Positions 53,356 to 63,600 of a stretch of 64,000 bases of DNA are shown here, in pieces. Under the pieces are notes generated by a model. The model had not been told where the DNA came from and searched no databases. It was given only the letters and a program-made list of their open reading frames with translations. Every line of letters starts with the position of its first letter. The first letter of the stretch is position 1. Made by a program: the position numbers and the translations under genes. The stretch spans positions 1 to 64,000 of IMG/VR virus record IMGVR_UViG_3300046536_000256; one strand, 5' to 3'.

Positions 53356-54594
53356 ATGTACACTTATCAAAGGGCTGTTGGCATTAACCAACTTGTCCCC
53401 AGAGGAGAAGAACTTTTAGATATTTCTGCTGTACAGACCAAAGATCTTTTTGCTTTGTACAGCGAGCTGGTCATTGTGGTGACGGATGCATTCGCGAAAC
53501 GTGACGTGGCCATTGTCGCAGTTACTTATCAAAACGAGCTGGGGCTGTTTGTTGGAACGATCCAGGAGTGGCTTGATACCAAGGCTACGGTCCCGTTGAT
53601 CACCAGCAACACCTTGCCAGGTACCGAATACCGCTTCGTGACCAGCCACGACATTCAGTACGAATGGTTCACCCTGTTACCCGGGGATGTGCGGCTTGCT
53701 GACGACCGTCAAGACCTGCTGACCAAAACATCGGCACCTGACATCCGGGTTACTAAGACCGACAACACTGAGGTGGATTACCAAGCCTTGGTTAGTCGTT
53801 CCTTGTGGACCATCAACGGTCACTTGACCCGGGCCATCAAAGGCACCCGCTGCATCTACCTGTTGAACGCTGGTAAGCACTTTAACGTCGACGATAACGT
53901 TCACGTTAACTCGCTGAACTTCAACACGGTGTCTACGCTCAACACGTATCCGGTTACCGCTGATCAAATAGAGTTTATAGACCATGGCACTTATCGCAGC
54001 CTGCGGTTGGATGCGCCGGTGTCGCTGGTCGGCAAGACTGTGTGGATGTCGATCGGTGGCCGGTTGTACCTGAACGATGTGGTTCAGGCGAATGGCGAGA
54101 AAGGTGTTACCATTCGCACGGAGAAAGTGGATTGGTTCAGTCGGGTGTTTGACTCGAAAGAACTGATCGATCTGACTTCGGTGATTGATAAGGATCGCCA
54201 GATTGTTGGCAGTGACTTCTTCCAGACTGAAGACTTCTTTACGAAGCTCCTGACGGACGTGTCCACGTTCTTCATCATTCTGGATAACCCGAACTTGTAC
54301 GTCACGCTGGAACCGGTGACGAAGTACAGTTATCCCTTTACGTTTCATACGGACGAAACGAGACGTATCCCGTTGATGGTTAGCAATGGCTTGCTGCCCA
54401 AATACTTCACTCGAAAGCTGCTGAACCGGAGGCTACTCGACATTGATATTGGCGTTAACAAGCGTTATCTCAACAAGACTACCGGTATCCACAACGAGGG
54501 GGAACTCTTTCATGGATACACCAATCGGTTTTCTCCAAGTACTCTCTCAGAAGGGTACCTACTTTACATTCGTGGTTTGATACAAGGGACCTAA
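53356..54594 (+). CDS. probable virion structural protein
   Basis: 412 aa, beta-rich, within the morphogenesis block; function not recognised. Confidence 0.6.
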   Translation: MYTYQRAVGINQLVPRGEELLDISAVQTKDLFALYSELVIVVTDAFAKRDVAIVAVTYQNELGLFVGTIQEWLDTKATVPLITSNTLPGTEYRFVTSHDIQYEWFTLLPGDVRLADDRQDLLTKTSAPDIRVTKTDNTEVDYQALVSRSLWTINGHLTRAIKGTRCIYLLNAGKHFNVDDNVHVNSLNFNTVSTLNTYPVTADQIEFIDHGTYRSLRLDAPVSLVGKTVWMSIGGRLYLNDVVQANGEKGVTIRTEKVDWFSRVFDSKELIDLTSVIDKDRQIVGSDFFQTEDFFTKLLTDVSTFFIILDNPNLYVTLEPVTKYSYPFTFHTDETRRIPLMVSNGLLPKYFTRKLLNRRLLDIDIGVNKRYLNKTTGIHNEGELFHGYTNRFSPSTLSEGYLLYIRGLIQGT

Positions 54595-54596
54595 CT

Positions 54597-55175
54597 ATGT
54601 TTGCTTTTTTCAGTGGTGCATTCTTCACGGATAAAGTCCGGGGAGTGATTACCATGTTCCTTCTGGTGTTACTGGTTGGACTGTGGGGTGCTCAGTATTT
54701 CTGGCCTCGTCATGCGAATACGCTCGACGACCAGACCATCGATGCTTTGAAAGACGTTCGTGGTCAGCTGGAGCGTGTTGCCAATAACCTGGACAAGTCC
54801 AGTGAGGCACAGACGGCGTTGAACCAGACATTGGCCAGACAACTGGACTCCGCCAAACAAGTACGGGATGAAGGCTATGCGAAACTGTTTAAAGAGTATG
54901 GGCTGGATCTGGGCGTTGCTCCTGTTGACCCCAATGATCCTTTCGGGCTGCGGGCACCAGACCACGATCTCGGAGGGCAACCTGTACCTCCAAGCTCAGG
55001 CTCAGCAGGTGCAGATCAATACTTACAAGAGTCAGCTCCAAGCAACCAAGGCAAGACTAACCCAAGTGGTGCCGGAGGTTCAAAGCCAAAACCAGGAGCC
55101 ACCTCGGGCGCTACTGGCGGATCTAACGGTGTACCTGACCCAGAACGACTGCACGTCGTTTCCCGCGGCAGTTAA
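54597..55175 (+). CDS. putative inner-membrane spanin (i-spanin)
   Basis: Single N-terminal TM, then coiled coil; C-terminal half overlaps a lipoprotein ORF in the +1 frame. Confidence 0.6.
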   Translation: MFAFFSGAFFTDKVRGVITMFLLVLLVGLWGAQYFWPRHANTLDDQTIDALKDVRGQLERVANNLDKSSEAQTALNQTLARQLDSAKQVRDEGYAKLFKEYGLDLGVAPVDPNDPFGLRAPDHDLGGQPVPPSSGSAGADQYLQESAPSNQGKTNPSGAGGSKPKPGATSGATGGSNGVPDPERLHVVSRGS

Positions 55176-55347
55176 AGACCAGTGTTATAAGGCAACCCGG
55201 GTCAAGCTAATCGAAGTCACGCGTCTCCTTGATGAAACCAAGATGCGTGAATACGCCGGTCAGCGAACCATTGCCCAATTGATTTCCAGTATCGACGTCT
55301 TGATTGACGGGATGGCCACTCCGGAACCACTGAAGCCACCTGAATAG
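54868..55347 (+). CDS. putative outer-membrane lipoprotein spanin (o-spanin)
   Basis: Hydrophobic WIWALLLLTPMI followed by lipobox LSG-C; start may be 54868, 54877 or 54898. Confidence 0.6.
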   Translation: MKAMRNCLKSMGWIWALLLLTPMILSGCGHQTTISEGNLYLQAQAQQVQINTYKSQLQATKARLTQVVPEVQSQNQEPPRALLADLTVYLTQNDCTSFPAAVKDQCYKATRVKLIEVTRLLDETKMREYAGQRTIAQLISSIDVLIDGMATPEPLKPPE

Positions 55348-55366
55348 TAAAACGCGACATAATCCA

Positions 55367-55408
55367 CTACCCTCCCCTGAGCCCTTTCGAGGCGCCAGGG
55401 GAGGGTAG
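55367..55408. terminator. bidirectional stem-loop with TATGT on both sides
   Basis: 13-bp stem CTACCCTCCCCTG / CAGGGGAGGGTAG between convergent genes. Confidence 0.7.
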
Positions 55409-55429
55409 GGGTATGTTTGCTTGGATTAC

Positions 55430-55882
55430 TTACGCAGCAGGTGTAGGCGGGTCATCAGGAGGCTTTGGAGCAATGGCTCCTGCTACTCGACTACGTATCT
55501 TGTCGGCCATTGGAGCAAGCTCCATCAACGTAGACAAGATCTTGTTCGCGTTCATCCACGTCCAAGCCACAATGATCGGACCCACGTTCATGATAACCAT
55601 GGAAAGGTTACTGGGCCAAACCCCATGAACAGTGACCGAGACGTTAGTGGTCCAGGCGTTTGCTAGTGCTGCAAGGCAAAGAGTCCACACTGCAACCGCA
55701 CCAAAGATGTTGCGCAGTATGACACTCCATTTCCCAAACACTTCCCGTTCAATCCCACCAGGTATATGCGTGGAATCGACGAGAGTGACTGGGGCTACTT
55801 CTTTTTCTGGTTCAGGTGGTGGGAGAGGTCCAGGGCTCGGTGTTTCGCCTGGTCCGCTTCCGATAGGATCGACAGTGGCCAT
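55430..55882 (-). CDS. two-TM membrane protein, holin candidate
   Basis: Two hydrophobic helices flanked by Pro-rich termini; adjacent to the spanin-like pair. Confidence 0.45.
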   Translation of the reverse strand: MATVDPIGSGPGETPSPGPLPPPEPEKEVAPVTLVDSTHIPGGIEREVFGKWSVILRNIFGAVAVWTLCLAALANAWTTNVSVTVHGVWPSNLSMVIMNVGPIIVAWTWMNANKILSTLMELAPMADKIRSRVAGAIAPKPPDDPPTPAA

Positions 55883-56469
55883 TGTTGGTACACCCCATAA
55901 TCTTTTGCTATTTGTTCACAACGGTACAGGGCAATGGCGCCAGCGTCAGTGGTGTGTTCATCCATCAATGAGATATCAAAATCACCAGCTTCAAGCCCGC
56001 CGTATTCCTTAAGGCCTTTTTGTACATCTTCTTTGGTAGTACCCCGGAAGTTTGCTTTCACAATTTCCTTGGCTTGGTTCGGCAGCACATACGACAAGTG
56101 TACATCGTTTTCAGTGAAGGACTGCCGGAGTAACGCAACGCACTGAATCAACTGCTTGAACGTCAGAGGAGACATCCCCATGAAGTTATCTTCGCAGATC
56201 CCCGTGTCCGGTTGATGAATCTCAACCAAGGTCTTGAGGCTGCGATACAAGCCGTAGGTTCTTGCCAGGAGCTTGGTACCTGCCAGGTCATCGAACTGGA
56301 CGGGAATGTCGTAGAGCACCTTCTCACCGTAGATCGTGTTGGCGTAAACCAACTTAAACTTCTCCGACTTCTCAATGTTCACATCTACGACAAACACACC
56401 CATGTTGGTGGTTGAAGGGTCAATCCCCATGACCCTTACTACACCAGGATGCCTTAGACCCTTAGGCAT
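55795..56469 (-). CDS. ruvC: RuvC-like Holliday junction resolvase
   Basis: VMGIDPSTTNMG, ICEDNF, TKEDVQ, EHTTDAGAIA acidic catalytic residues. Confidence 0.82.
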   Translation of the reverse strand: MPKGLRHPGVVRVMGIDPSTTNMGVFVVDVNIEKSEKFKLVYANTIYGEKVLYDIPVQFDDLAGTKLLARTYGLYRSLKTLVEIHQPDTGICEDNFMGMSPLTFKQLIQCVALLRQSFTENDVHLSYVLPNQAKEIVKANFRGTTKEDVQKGLKEYGGLEAGDFDISLMDEHTTDAGAIALYRCEQIAKDYGVYQQWPLSILSEADQAKHRALDLSHHLNQKKK

Positions 56470-57068
56470 ATGAAACCGAGCTTAGACCCATGCAGGATCT
56501 GAACCACGGCAACCATGTCAGAAGAGCTTAGCAAGAACTCTTCGGGGGCTTTGTCGGCGGTGCCTTTATACACGAGTTTAAAACCGCCCGTGCACAGGTC
56601 ACCGATGGTACCCGACTTCCATTGACCCACAACCCGGTAGGAGTTCAACAGGGTTGAGAGTTTCCAAGCTACGGTGTTGTCCGTGTTCTCGGTAGGGTAC
56701 GTGTTACCGACCCCTACTTCATCCAAGAACTCCAGCTCGTTGGCGCTGTGAACCGCAACGGGGGATGTTAGCCAAGAGTATTCATCGGAGGCGAAGGACA
56801 ACACATTACCAATCACCAATTCAGTGTCAGCCGCTTTAGCCGCTTCTGCTTTGTTGGTGAAGGTAACGATGACTTCCTTGGTATTGACGTTAATCAATTC
56901 CAAGTAGAGCTTACCGTCAGCAGCCCGGAAGGCCTGAGACTGTTTAAAGTCGCCAGCGTTCAGAGACGTCTGATAAAACATGTTGGCCATCGAGACGGCC
57001 TCAGAGGACAAAGTCCCTTCCATCAAGGGAAGGTGCACTTCCCCTTTCAGGATCGCTGGGGTTTCCAT
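56454..57068 (-). CDS. probable virion structural (baseplate region) protein
   Basis: 204 aa in the baseplate operon; context only. Confidence 0.55.
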   Translation of the reverse strand: METPAILKGEVHLPLMEGTLSSEAVSMANMFYQTSLNAGDFKQSQAFRAADGKLYLELINVNTKEVIVTFTNKAEAAKAADTELVIGNVLSFASDEYSWLTSPVAVHSANELEFLDEVGVGNTYPTENTDNTVAWKLSTLLNSYRVVGQWKSGTIGDLCTGGFKLVYKGTADKAPEEFLLSSSDMVAVVQILHGSKLGFICLRV

Positions 57069-57071
57069 GGG

Positions 57072-58019
57072 TTAGTTCCCTTGGCCGGTGGTGGTGTCAG
57101 TGGCGTTGGTGTGCAGCAGCATAGGCTCGCTGGCACCGTGGTCGTAAGCCAACTGGATCTTGGTGTTGGTGATAGCGTTGCGACCGTCACGTTCGGTCAC
57201 GTAGTGGCCAGCAACTGCGCTGAGCACTTCGGTGTACTTGATGGTTGCGCCGCCGGCAATTTGACCGTCGAACTGGGTGTCGATACCCCAAGCCACCATC
57301 ACTTCGTTAATAGAAGCGTAGCTGGTGTCGCCGAACTTGCCTTTACACGCCATGGCAATTTCGTTCAGGTCCTGCTGAGTCAGCGAGCAATCCAAGATCG
57401 CCGAGCTGTTCAGGTAGGTATCCGAGATTGGCACCGAGCCCACCGACGTAAAGTCCACCGGCTGAGGATTGAACAGGTCATCCTTGGTCGGTACGTACGG
57501 TTTGGCGTTCTCGTTACCGGCGTCGTCGCGGGTGATCTTGTTGACTTCCGGACTGTAGCTATCGAAGTTAATCAACTTAAGATAGTACACAGCGTAAGTT
57601 TCACCGTCATCCCAGACCTCGATCACCCGCATACGGTAGTTCAGGCGGTTGACGTTATCCAAGTCGCTGGAGAGCGGACGAGCGATGAACGGGATCGGGA
57701 CGAACAGGTTCATGTCAATCGGCTGATGCTGGTTGACCTTGAGCTTTGTAGTACCGATGGACGTTTTGCCGTCAGCGTCGGAACCGCGAATGCCGATACC
57801 GTAGAACTTCAGTTCGAAGTCACGACCGTTCTTCAACCCAATGGATTCGTCACCCATGATGTTGTAACGTTCGTTGAGGGTGGTGTACTGAGGCAGGTTG
57901 ATCTTCTGGTTGGTCGCGCAGCATTTACCAATCAGGTTACCGAAGGCGGTGTTTGTAACAGCTTGGGTAGGAACCTCCGAACGGTTCTGGTCTTGTACTT
58001 CAGCGCTAGAGATAGCCAT
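57072..58019 (-). CDS. probable baseplate protein
   Basis: 315 aa with strongly biased highly-expressed codons; context and phiKZ-type appearance. Confidence 0.6.
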   Translation of the reverse strand: MAISSAEVQDQNRSEVPTQAVTNTAFGNLIGKCCATNQKINLPQYTTLNERYNIMGDESIGLKNGRDFELKFYGIGIRGSDADGKTSIGTTKLKVNQHQPIDMNLFVPIPFIARPLSSDLDNVNRLNYRMRVIEVWDDGETYAVYYLKLINFDSYSPEVNKITRDDAGNENAKPYVPTKDDLFNPQPVDFTSVGSVPISDTYLNSSAILDCSLTQQDLNEIAMACKGKFGDTSYASINEVMVAWGIDTQFDGQIAGGATIKYTEVLSAVAGHYVTERDGRNAITNTKIQLAYDHGASEPMLLHTNATDTTTGQGN

Positions 58020-58031
58020 CGAAAAAAGTTC

Positions 58032-58439
58032 CTATAAGAAATAGATAATGAAAGAGTTCTGAAAGCGCATAGAATTTGGGCTCATCACCACAGTCAGGCC
58101 GTTGTAAGCCAAGGACAACACCCCTATGTCTTCCGGAAGCAAATCCAGGTTAACTTGTTTGTTGATCCACGTTGTCACGCTCGTTTTATTGATCATGGCT
58201 TCGCGGTTGCCTTGTTGATCTTTCGGGAACCAAAGCGACTTCTGTTGGCTGTAAGGACTAACGTCTAGACGTTTATGTTCGTAGATCTCTGGTACCGTAC
58301 CGTCACGGCTCACCAAAAAGACCTGGTCCCCTGTAATACGATTCACACGCTGGCGGGCAAAGGTGACACTGTTAACGTCACTTATCTTGCGTTTATAACA
58401 ATAGTCCTTACGGATCAGGTTGATTTCCCGGGTAGCCAT
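58032..58439 (-). CDS. hypothetical (baseplate operon) protein
   Basis: 135 aa, GGAGG SD. Confidence 0.6.
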   Translation of the reverse strand: MATREINLIRKDYCYKRKISDVNSVTFARQRVNRITGDQVFLVSRDGTVPEIYEHKRLDVSPYSQQKSLWFPKDQQGNREAMINKTSVTTWINKQVNLDLLPEDIGVLSLAYNGLTVVMSPNSMRFQNSFIIYFL

Positions 58440-58440
58440 G

Positions 58441-60636
58441 TCAACCTCCTGCCATCATCAAGGGATCGTGGGGGAAGTTCAGCTTGCCGTAGTACGTCCC
58501 TTCCGGAAGGTCGACCGGTGGCTTCGGAATGTCTGCCAATGGGAGCTGTCTGAAGTACGACGTGTCTGACATCCTTACTGCATACTTCCGCAGGTCGGTA
58601 TCTAGGTCCACAGACTTCAGGATATCCCCGGTGATGATCGTTGCGACGCCCTCCGAGTCCATCACCGCCTTCGGCCTGATCGCGTCTGTAATCGGGGTCA
58701 CAGACGCCATGTAGCGGATCCCGTCAATGTGACCACGGGTCAGCAGCTTAGCGTTCTCGAAGTCCCCGTAAGAACCGTTGCCTTTACCAATCCATTTCGG
58801 ATCGCCGATAAAGGTTTCGTTCTTCAGCTCCGTCAAGTCAATACCGTCGTCCATCTCCTTGATCACTTGAATGGTGTACGAAGACAACCCAGTCATAATG
58901 TCAATGAGATCGCTCTGCTTAACACGGAGTGATGGATGATTGTTACTGTCCCAACCGGTAATGCGCTTGAAGATGTCCCAGGCAAAGTTCCTGGCTTCAT
59001 CGGCAGAGTACTCCGAGAAGTCAAGTTCATAGCCGTCGATCAAGTCCTTGTACGACGTGTAGCTGGTCAGGGTATCCAGGAAGCCCGTCTCGTACATGTC
59101 CAAGCAAGTGTTCTTAACCCGCGCCCGCATGTTGAGGTCGTAGTACTTACTGAAGATCTTCCGGTGGTTCCACTGGGCTTGGTACACACCCGTGGCGTAG
59201 GTCATCAAGTATTCAGGGGCGATGAACGTATCCACCGGTATCCACTGATCCCGAATGCCCTTAGCGTCAGGCATGTTGATGAAGGCTGGTCCACCAATCC
59301 CAATCAGCTCTTCGATCGAAGGTGGCTTGATCTTCATGACGTTGGCGTACTGGACCGGCTCAATCGCCAGCGGTTCTTCACCGTAAGTCAAGTCAATCAG
59401 GTAACGCCAGATGTAGTAAGCATCGCCTACTGGCAAGCGCACCGAACGACCGTTCTTTGGATCAACCACTAGGATCTTGCCTTTAAACAGACCCTTACCC
59501 GCCAAGTAGATCCACTCGTTGTACACCGTGGACATCAAGGTATCGATGTGCCGGTTGGTGTAATCCCGCATTGTGGATTCGAGGGTCTTGGTAGGGAGTT
59601 CCGAATGCAGGCTGAACTGACCCTTCTGGAGTGCGTCTGCGTAGTAGATCGAGGTCTGGTCGTAGTTGTCCTTAGCAACGTTCTGCTGCTTGGTGATCAA
59701 CGCCTGGGTGTTAATAAAGGTAGCCGCTCGCCCGTAGTCCGCCATCAGGTTCATCTGAAGCTTACGGTAGACTGGGGTGGGGGTAACGTCGACCAACTGA
59801 GTCTCAGTGGTCTCCACCATGTCGTACTTGGCCAGAGGGATCGAGGCGGTTGTCAACATGTTGTCCATGAGCTTGCCGAAGGTGTACTGCTGCCCCGGGT
59901 TGTTCTTGACCCACGCGATGTTCCGATACAACCACATGATCTGGAAACGGCTAAGACTATTCTTATATCTGGAGAAGTCCCCGTAGGAGTCTATCCGCGC
60001 CCAAATGTAGAAGTCATGGACGTTTCTTGTGCCGATGGCTTCAAAGCGAATGGTGCAAATAGCTTTGATCAAATCCGCGTACAACTGCATAATCGCTACC
60101 GGCAACATCAAGTTGTCGGTGATCATGTAATCGTTTTCGAAGATGTGCGCCTGTTCAACCTTCACCCAGGTCTGGAGTTGAGGGATCAGTTGATCCTCGT
60201 TCCACAGCACCAAGCTCTGGTTGTACTTGAGGATCTTATAGTCCTCTGCCCCGATCGTCTCGGTATATGGGATCGGAGCCAATATACCGCGTATTAATTC
60301 TGACTGCGCGGGATACTTATCGTTCAGGCGTATAAACAGATCGCCACCGGAGTTGTACTCCCGGAAGGTGGCCAAGTGAACTTCCATGTTTACTTTGTTG
60401 AAAACGATGTCTTCGCCAGTGTCCACGGACTTGACGTACATCAATTCGTCTGTGGGGTGGTAATCCCCGTTCATGTTCATGTAGTAGCGCCAGGTGGTCT
60501 TGTCAGAGCTGACCGCGTACCCCGCATTTACCAGCATGTTGTTGTCGCGTACAGCAACTGCCTCGATTTTGATCACCATGGTTCGCGCTAAGCGGAACAC
60601 ACTGGTTAGATATGCATCCAATTCGATATTGTTCAT
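58441..60636 (-). CDS. probable baseplate wedge/structural protein
   Basis: 731 aa, divergent from the portal as in phiKZ-like gene order (recalled, not searched). Confidence 0.6.
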   Translation of the reverse strand: MNNIELDAYLTSVFRLARTMVIKIEAVAVRDNNMLVNAGYAVSSDKTTWRYYMNMNGDYHPTDELMYVKSVDTGEDIVFNKVNMEVHLATFREYNSGGDLFIRLNDKYPAQSELIRGILAPIPYTETIGAEDYKILKYNQSLVLWNEDQLIPQLQTWVKVEQAHIFENDYMITDNLMLPVAIMQLYADLIKAICTIRFEAIGTRNVHDFYIWARIDSYGDFSRYKNSLSRFQIMWLYRNIAWVKNNPGQQYTFGKLMDNMLTTASIPLAKYDMVETTETQLVDVTPTPVYRKLQMNLMADYGRAATFINTQALITKQQNVAKDNYDQTSIYYADALQKGQFSLHSELPTKTLESTMRDYTNRHIDTLMSTVYNEWIYLAGKGLFKGKILVVDPKNGRSVRLPVGDAYYIWRYLIDLTYGEEPLAIEPVQYANVMKIKPPSIEELIGIGGPAFINMPDAKGIRDQWIPVDTFIAPEYLMTYATGVYQAQWNHRKIFSKYYDLNMRARVKNTCLDMYETGFLDTLTSYTSYKDLIDGYELDFSEYSADEARNFAWDIFKRITGWDSNNHPSLRVKQSDLIDIMTGLSSYTIQVIKEMDDGIDLTELKNETFIGDPKWIGKGNGSYGDFENAKLLTRGHIDGIRYMASVTPITDAIRPKAVMDSEGVATIITGDILKSVDLDTDLRKYAVRMSDTSYFRQLPLADIPKPPVDLPEGTYYGKLNFPHDPLMMAGG

Positions 60637-60657
60637 AATTTACTCATGAGGTTTACG

Positions 60658-63600
60658 ATGGCTAGGGAAAATCGTCCTGGTACGAGAGGTAATTTCCAGG
60701 TAGACTACACAGCCCTACGGGCCGACATTAACAACATCAACCCGGTCGTGAAGAGCACGCTACGTAACGCGGTTCCTCGCAACGGCCAAAGCCCTGAACG
60801 CGATGAGATGCAGGGCAAGACAACAGTTAACGCCCACAAGCTGGAGCGGCTTAGCAACATTATCAGTAACAACATCAACGCCGCTGTCGACTTGCGTACC
60901 ATCACACCTTACATCGGTAAGGCTGAACTGATTTGGGACGCTATCATGCTCTACCCTAACGGTAAGCAGGAGAAGACCCTCAACTACGACACCCGGCCAT
61001 CAAAGCTCAAGAATTCTAAGCTTCATGACGAACTTCGTGCGGTCTGGGATAACTACTACACGAACGACTATAAAATCGAGGCGGATCTGCGCTCGATGGC
61101 TCATGACATGCTTTGGAATACCGGCAGTTATGTTCTGTTCAACTTGAGTCGTCCTGGACTGGATTATCTGATCAATGGTTCTGAGCTGTTGCCGGAAGAC
61201 AAAAACGCTCGTCGGTCCGGTAACGAAGCTTACGACAACTACATGAACAAAGCGACGCAGGCGGTTAACGAGGAGTTCGTTAAGGACAGTGCGTCCGGCA
61301 AGTACCTCACGCGTAACCGTGGTCGTTTCGTTCGTGACCCCAATGCCAAGGACCAACCTAGCCAGGTAAGTGGTCTGGAAGCGATCATGAGTGGTCGCCA
61401 GACGTACTCGGGGAATGAGTTCCCGATCTTCGGCGGTGAAGCGTACAAGGACGACAAGGGTGAGCAGTTCAACTTTGGCATCACTCTGACCGATAACCCG
61501 TCCCTGCTTTATCTCCAGAAACTCAGCGCGGTTACTCGTCAGTCTGACGTTAACGCGGTCATGGGGACTGAAGACCTTAACCTGCACATTAGCTCGGCGA
61601 TGATTACCGCCGCGGCGCGCGCAGAGAAGGAAGAAGCCAAGAAGGGTGGTAAAGGACCTAAAGCTCCAAACGCCCAAACCAAGAACCTGACCGAGCAACA
61701 AGCGGACTCGATATCGAAGGACTTGTTTCCTAACCGTAACGTGGCTCACCAGTCAATTCAGTTCGTTAAACACAACGATGCATTGTCGGGTAACCTGTAC
61801 GGCCGCGGCCTGACCTGGCACGTTCCTTCTGAAGCGGTGATCCCAATCCACCGTCAAGGCAGTAACGGTAAGCACGAAGACTACATCTTCCTTCTGGACG
61901 ACGATGGTAACTTCCTCAAGAATACCGCGGATGCGGAGTTCTACCAGTCGATGAAGAAGAACGCCAACTCGATCGCTAACAAGCCTAAGGGCGGTAGCAC
62001 TGACAGCCTGATCTCCAACTTGAAGACTATTCAGGAAGGTAAAGACTGTGAGTTCGACATGTCTGAGTTTGCCGAGATGGCTAAAGCCAGTATTGTTCGT
62101 CAATTCATGTCGGCTATTATTAGCGGTAAGGGTGACAACATCTCGATCAGCATCGACGAGGAAACCAACAAGATCTTCTTGGCGCGGATGTTTAAGCGTC
62201 AGTCGGTCCGTTGCTTGTACGTTCCGGGTGAAAGTGTTACGTACATGGCGTTCAACTACAACCGTTTGGGTATTGGTCAATCCCTGACCCAAGCAGCCAA
62301 GATGCACATTGCCCGTCTGGCAGCCTTTGACGTCGCTGACGCCATGGCTAACCTGGAAGCAGCCCAACCCCACAGCCTGATGTCGATTAACATCGCTAAG
62401 GAGGATCCCGACCCCGCAGCCACCATCGCGATCGCTCGGTCTGTGTTCTTCGAGGCCAACCCTCGGATTCACAGCATTCTCTCAACGGCCCAACTCTCTA
62501 TACCCCAGATTGTGGACTCCTTGCGGGAATCGTCCTTGACGGTGAAGATCAATGCGGGGGAAAACCCTCATATGCCTACACCGGATATCGACATCTCCCA
62601 CATGGAAAAGCAGGTCTTCAAACCTGTTGACCAAGCCAGCCGTGAAGAGGTCCTTAACAAGATCTCCAACTACTTTGGTCTACCCCGCAGCTGGCTGGAC
62701 ATTGTGGACGGTGGCGAGAACCAGTTCCAAATTGAAGCGTTGACTGAGCACCAGATGCTCCTGAACCAAGGGGCTAATTGGCAAGATCAGTGGTGCGACA
62801 TGATCATGGACTTTGAGCGTAAGCACATGTCTGTGAACGGTCCTTTCCTAAATGACTTGGTTAAAGTCATTGTGGACAACAAACCTCTTTGGTCACCGGA
62901 CAGTAAGGAGCCGTTGGAAGGCTCTGACGAAGAGAAGATCAAGTTGATCCTCACTGACTTCGTCAACAACATCTATTGCTGGTTGCCTACCCCGTCTAGT
63001 ACCGAGAGCCATGCAAAGCTCAAAGACAAGCTGGACGCGGTGGACGCACTGGTGCAAGCGTGGACCGACCTGTCGGGCTACGAGAAGATGTTGCCGGTGG
63101 TGGCTACGGCTCTGGGGTTGGAAGACGGCGATTACAACGCAGACACGATTAAGGAAGCTCTCAAGGCAGCCTATGTCACGGAAGCGTTTAAGCGATTCAA
63201 CTTGCCGATGCCGTTCGATGAGATTATCAGCGAAGGCAAAGGCGGTGGCATGGCGTCGCTGGTTAACGCGGTTGTGCATCAGCGGGTTAACTTGGCTGAG
63301 TTCTTGGCGAAGTTCACCATTGACGTGGCTGGCGCTGACAAGAAGTTGATCAAAGAGCACCAAGCGAAAATCGCTAAGGCCTTGGCTGCGCTCGAAGAGA
63401 CCGTGAACAAGGTAACCGGCGGCGGTGATGATCAACAACAAGTCGATGGCGACGGTAACCCTATCCCTGGCGGTGACGACCAAGGTAATTTGGGCGGAGC
63501 CGGTGGTGACGACAGTGGGTTGACTGGCGGTGACGATAACGACCTGGGTGGTGGAGGTGGTGACGATGATCTGACGGACGATACTCCTCCGGCGGATGAC

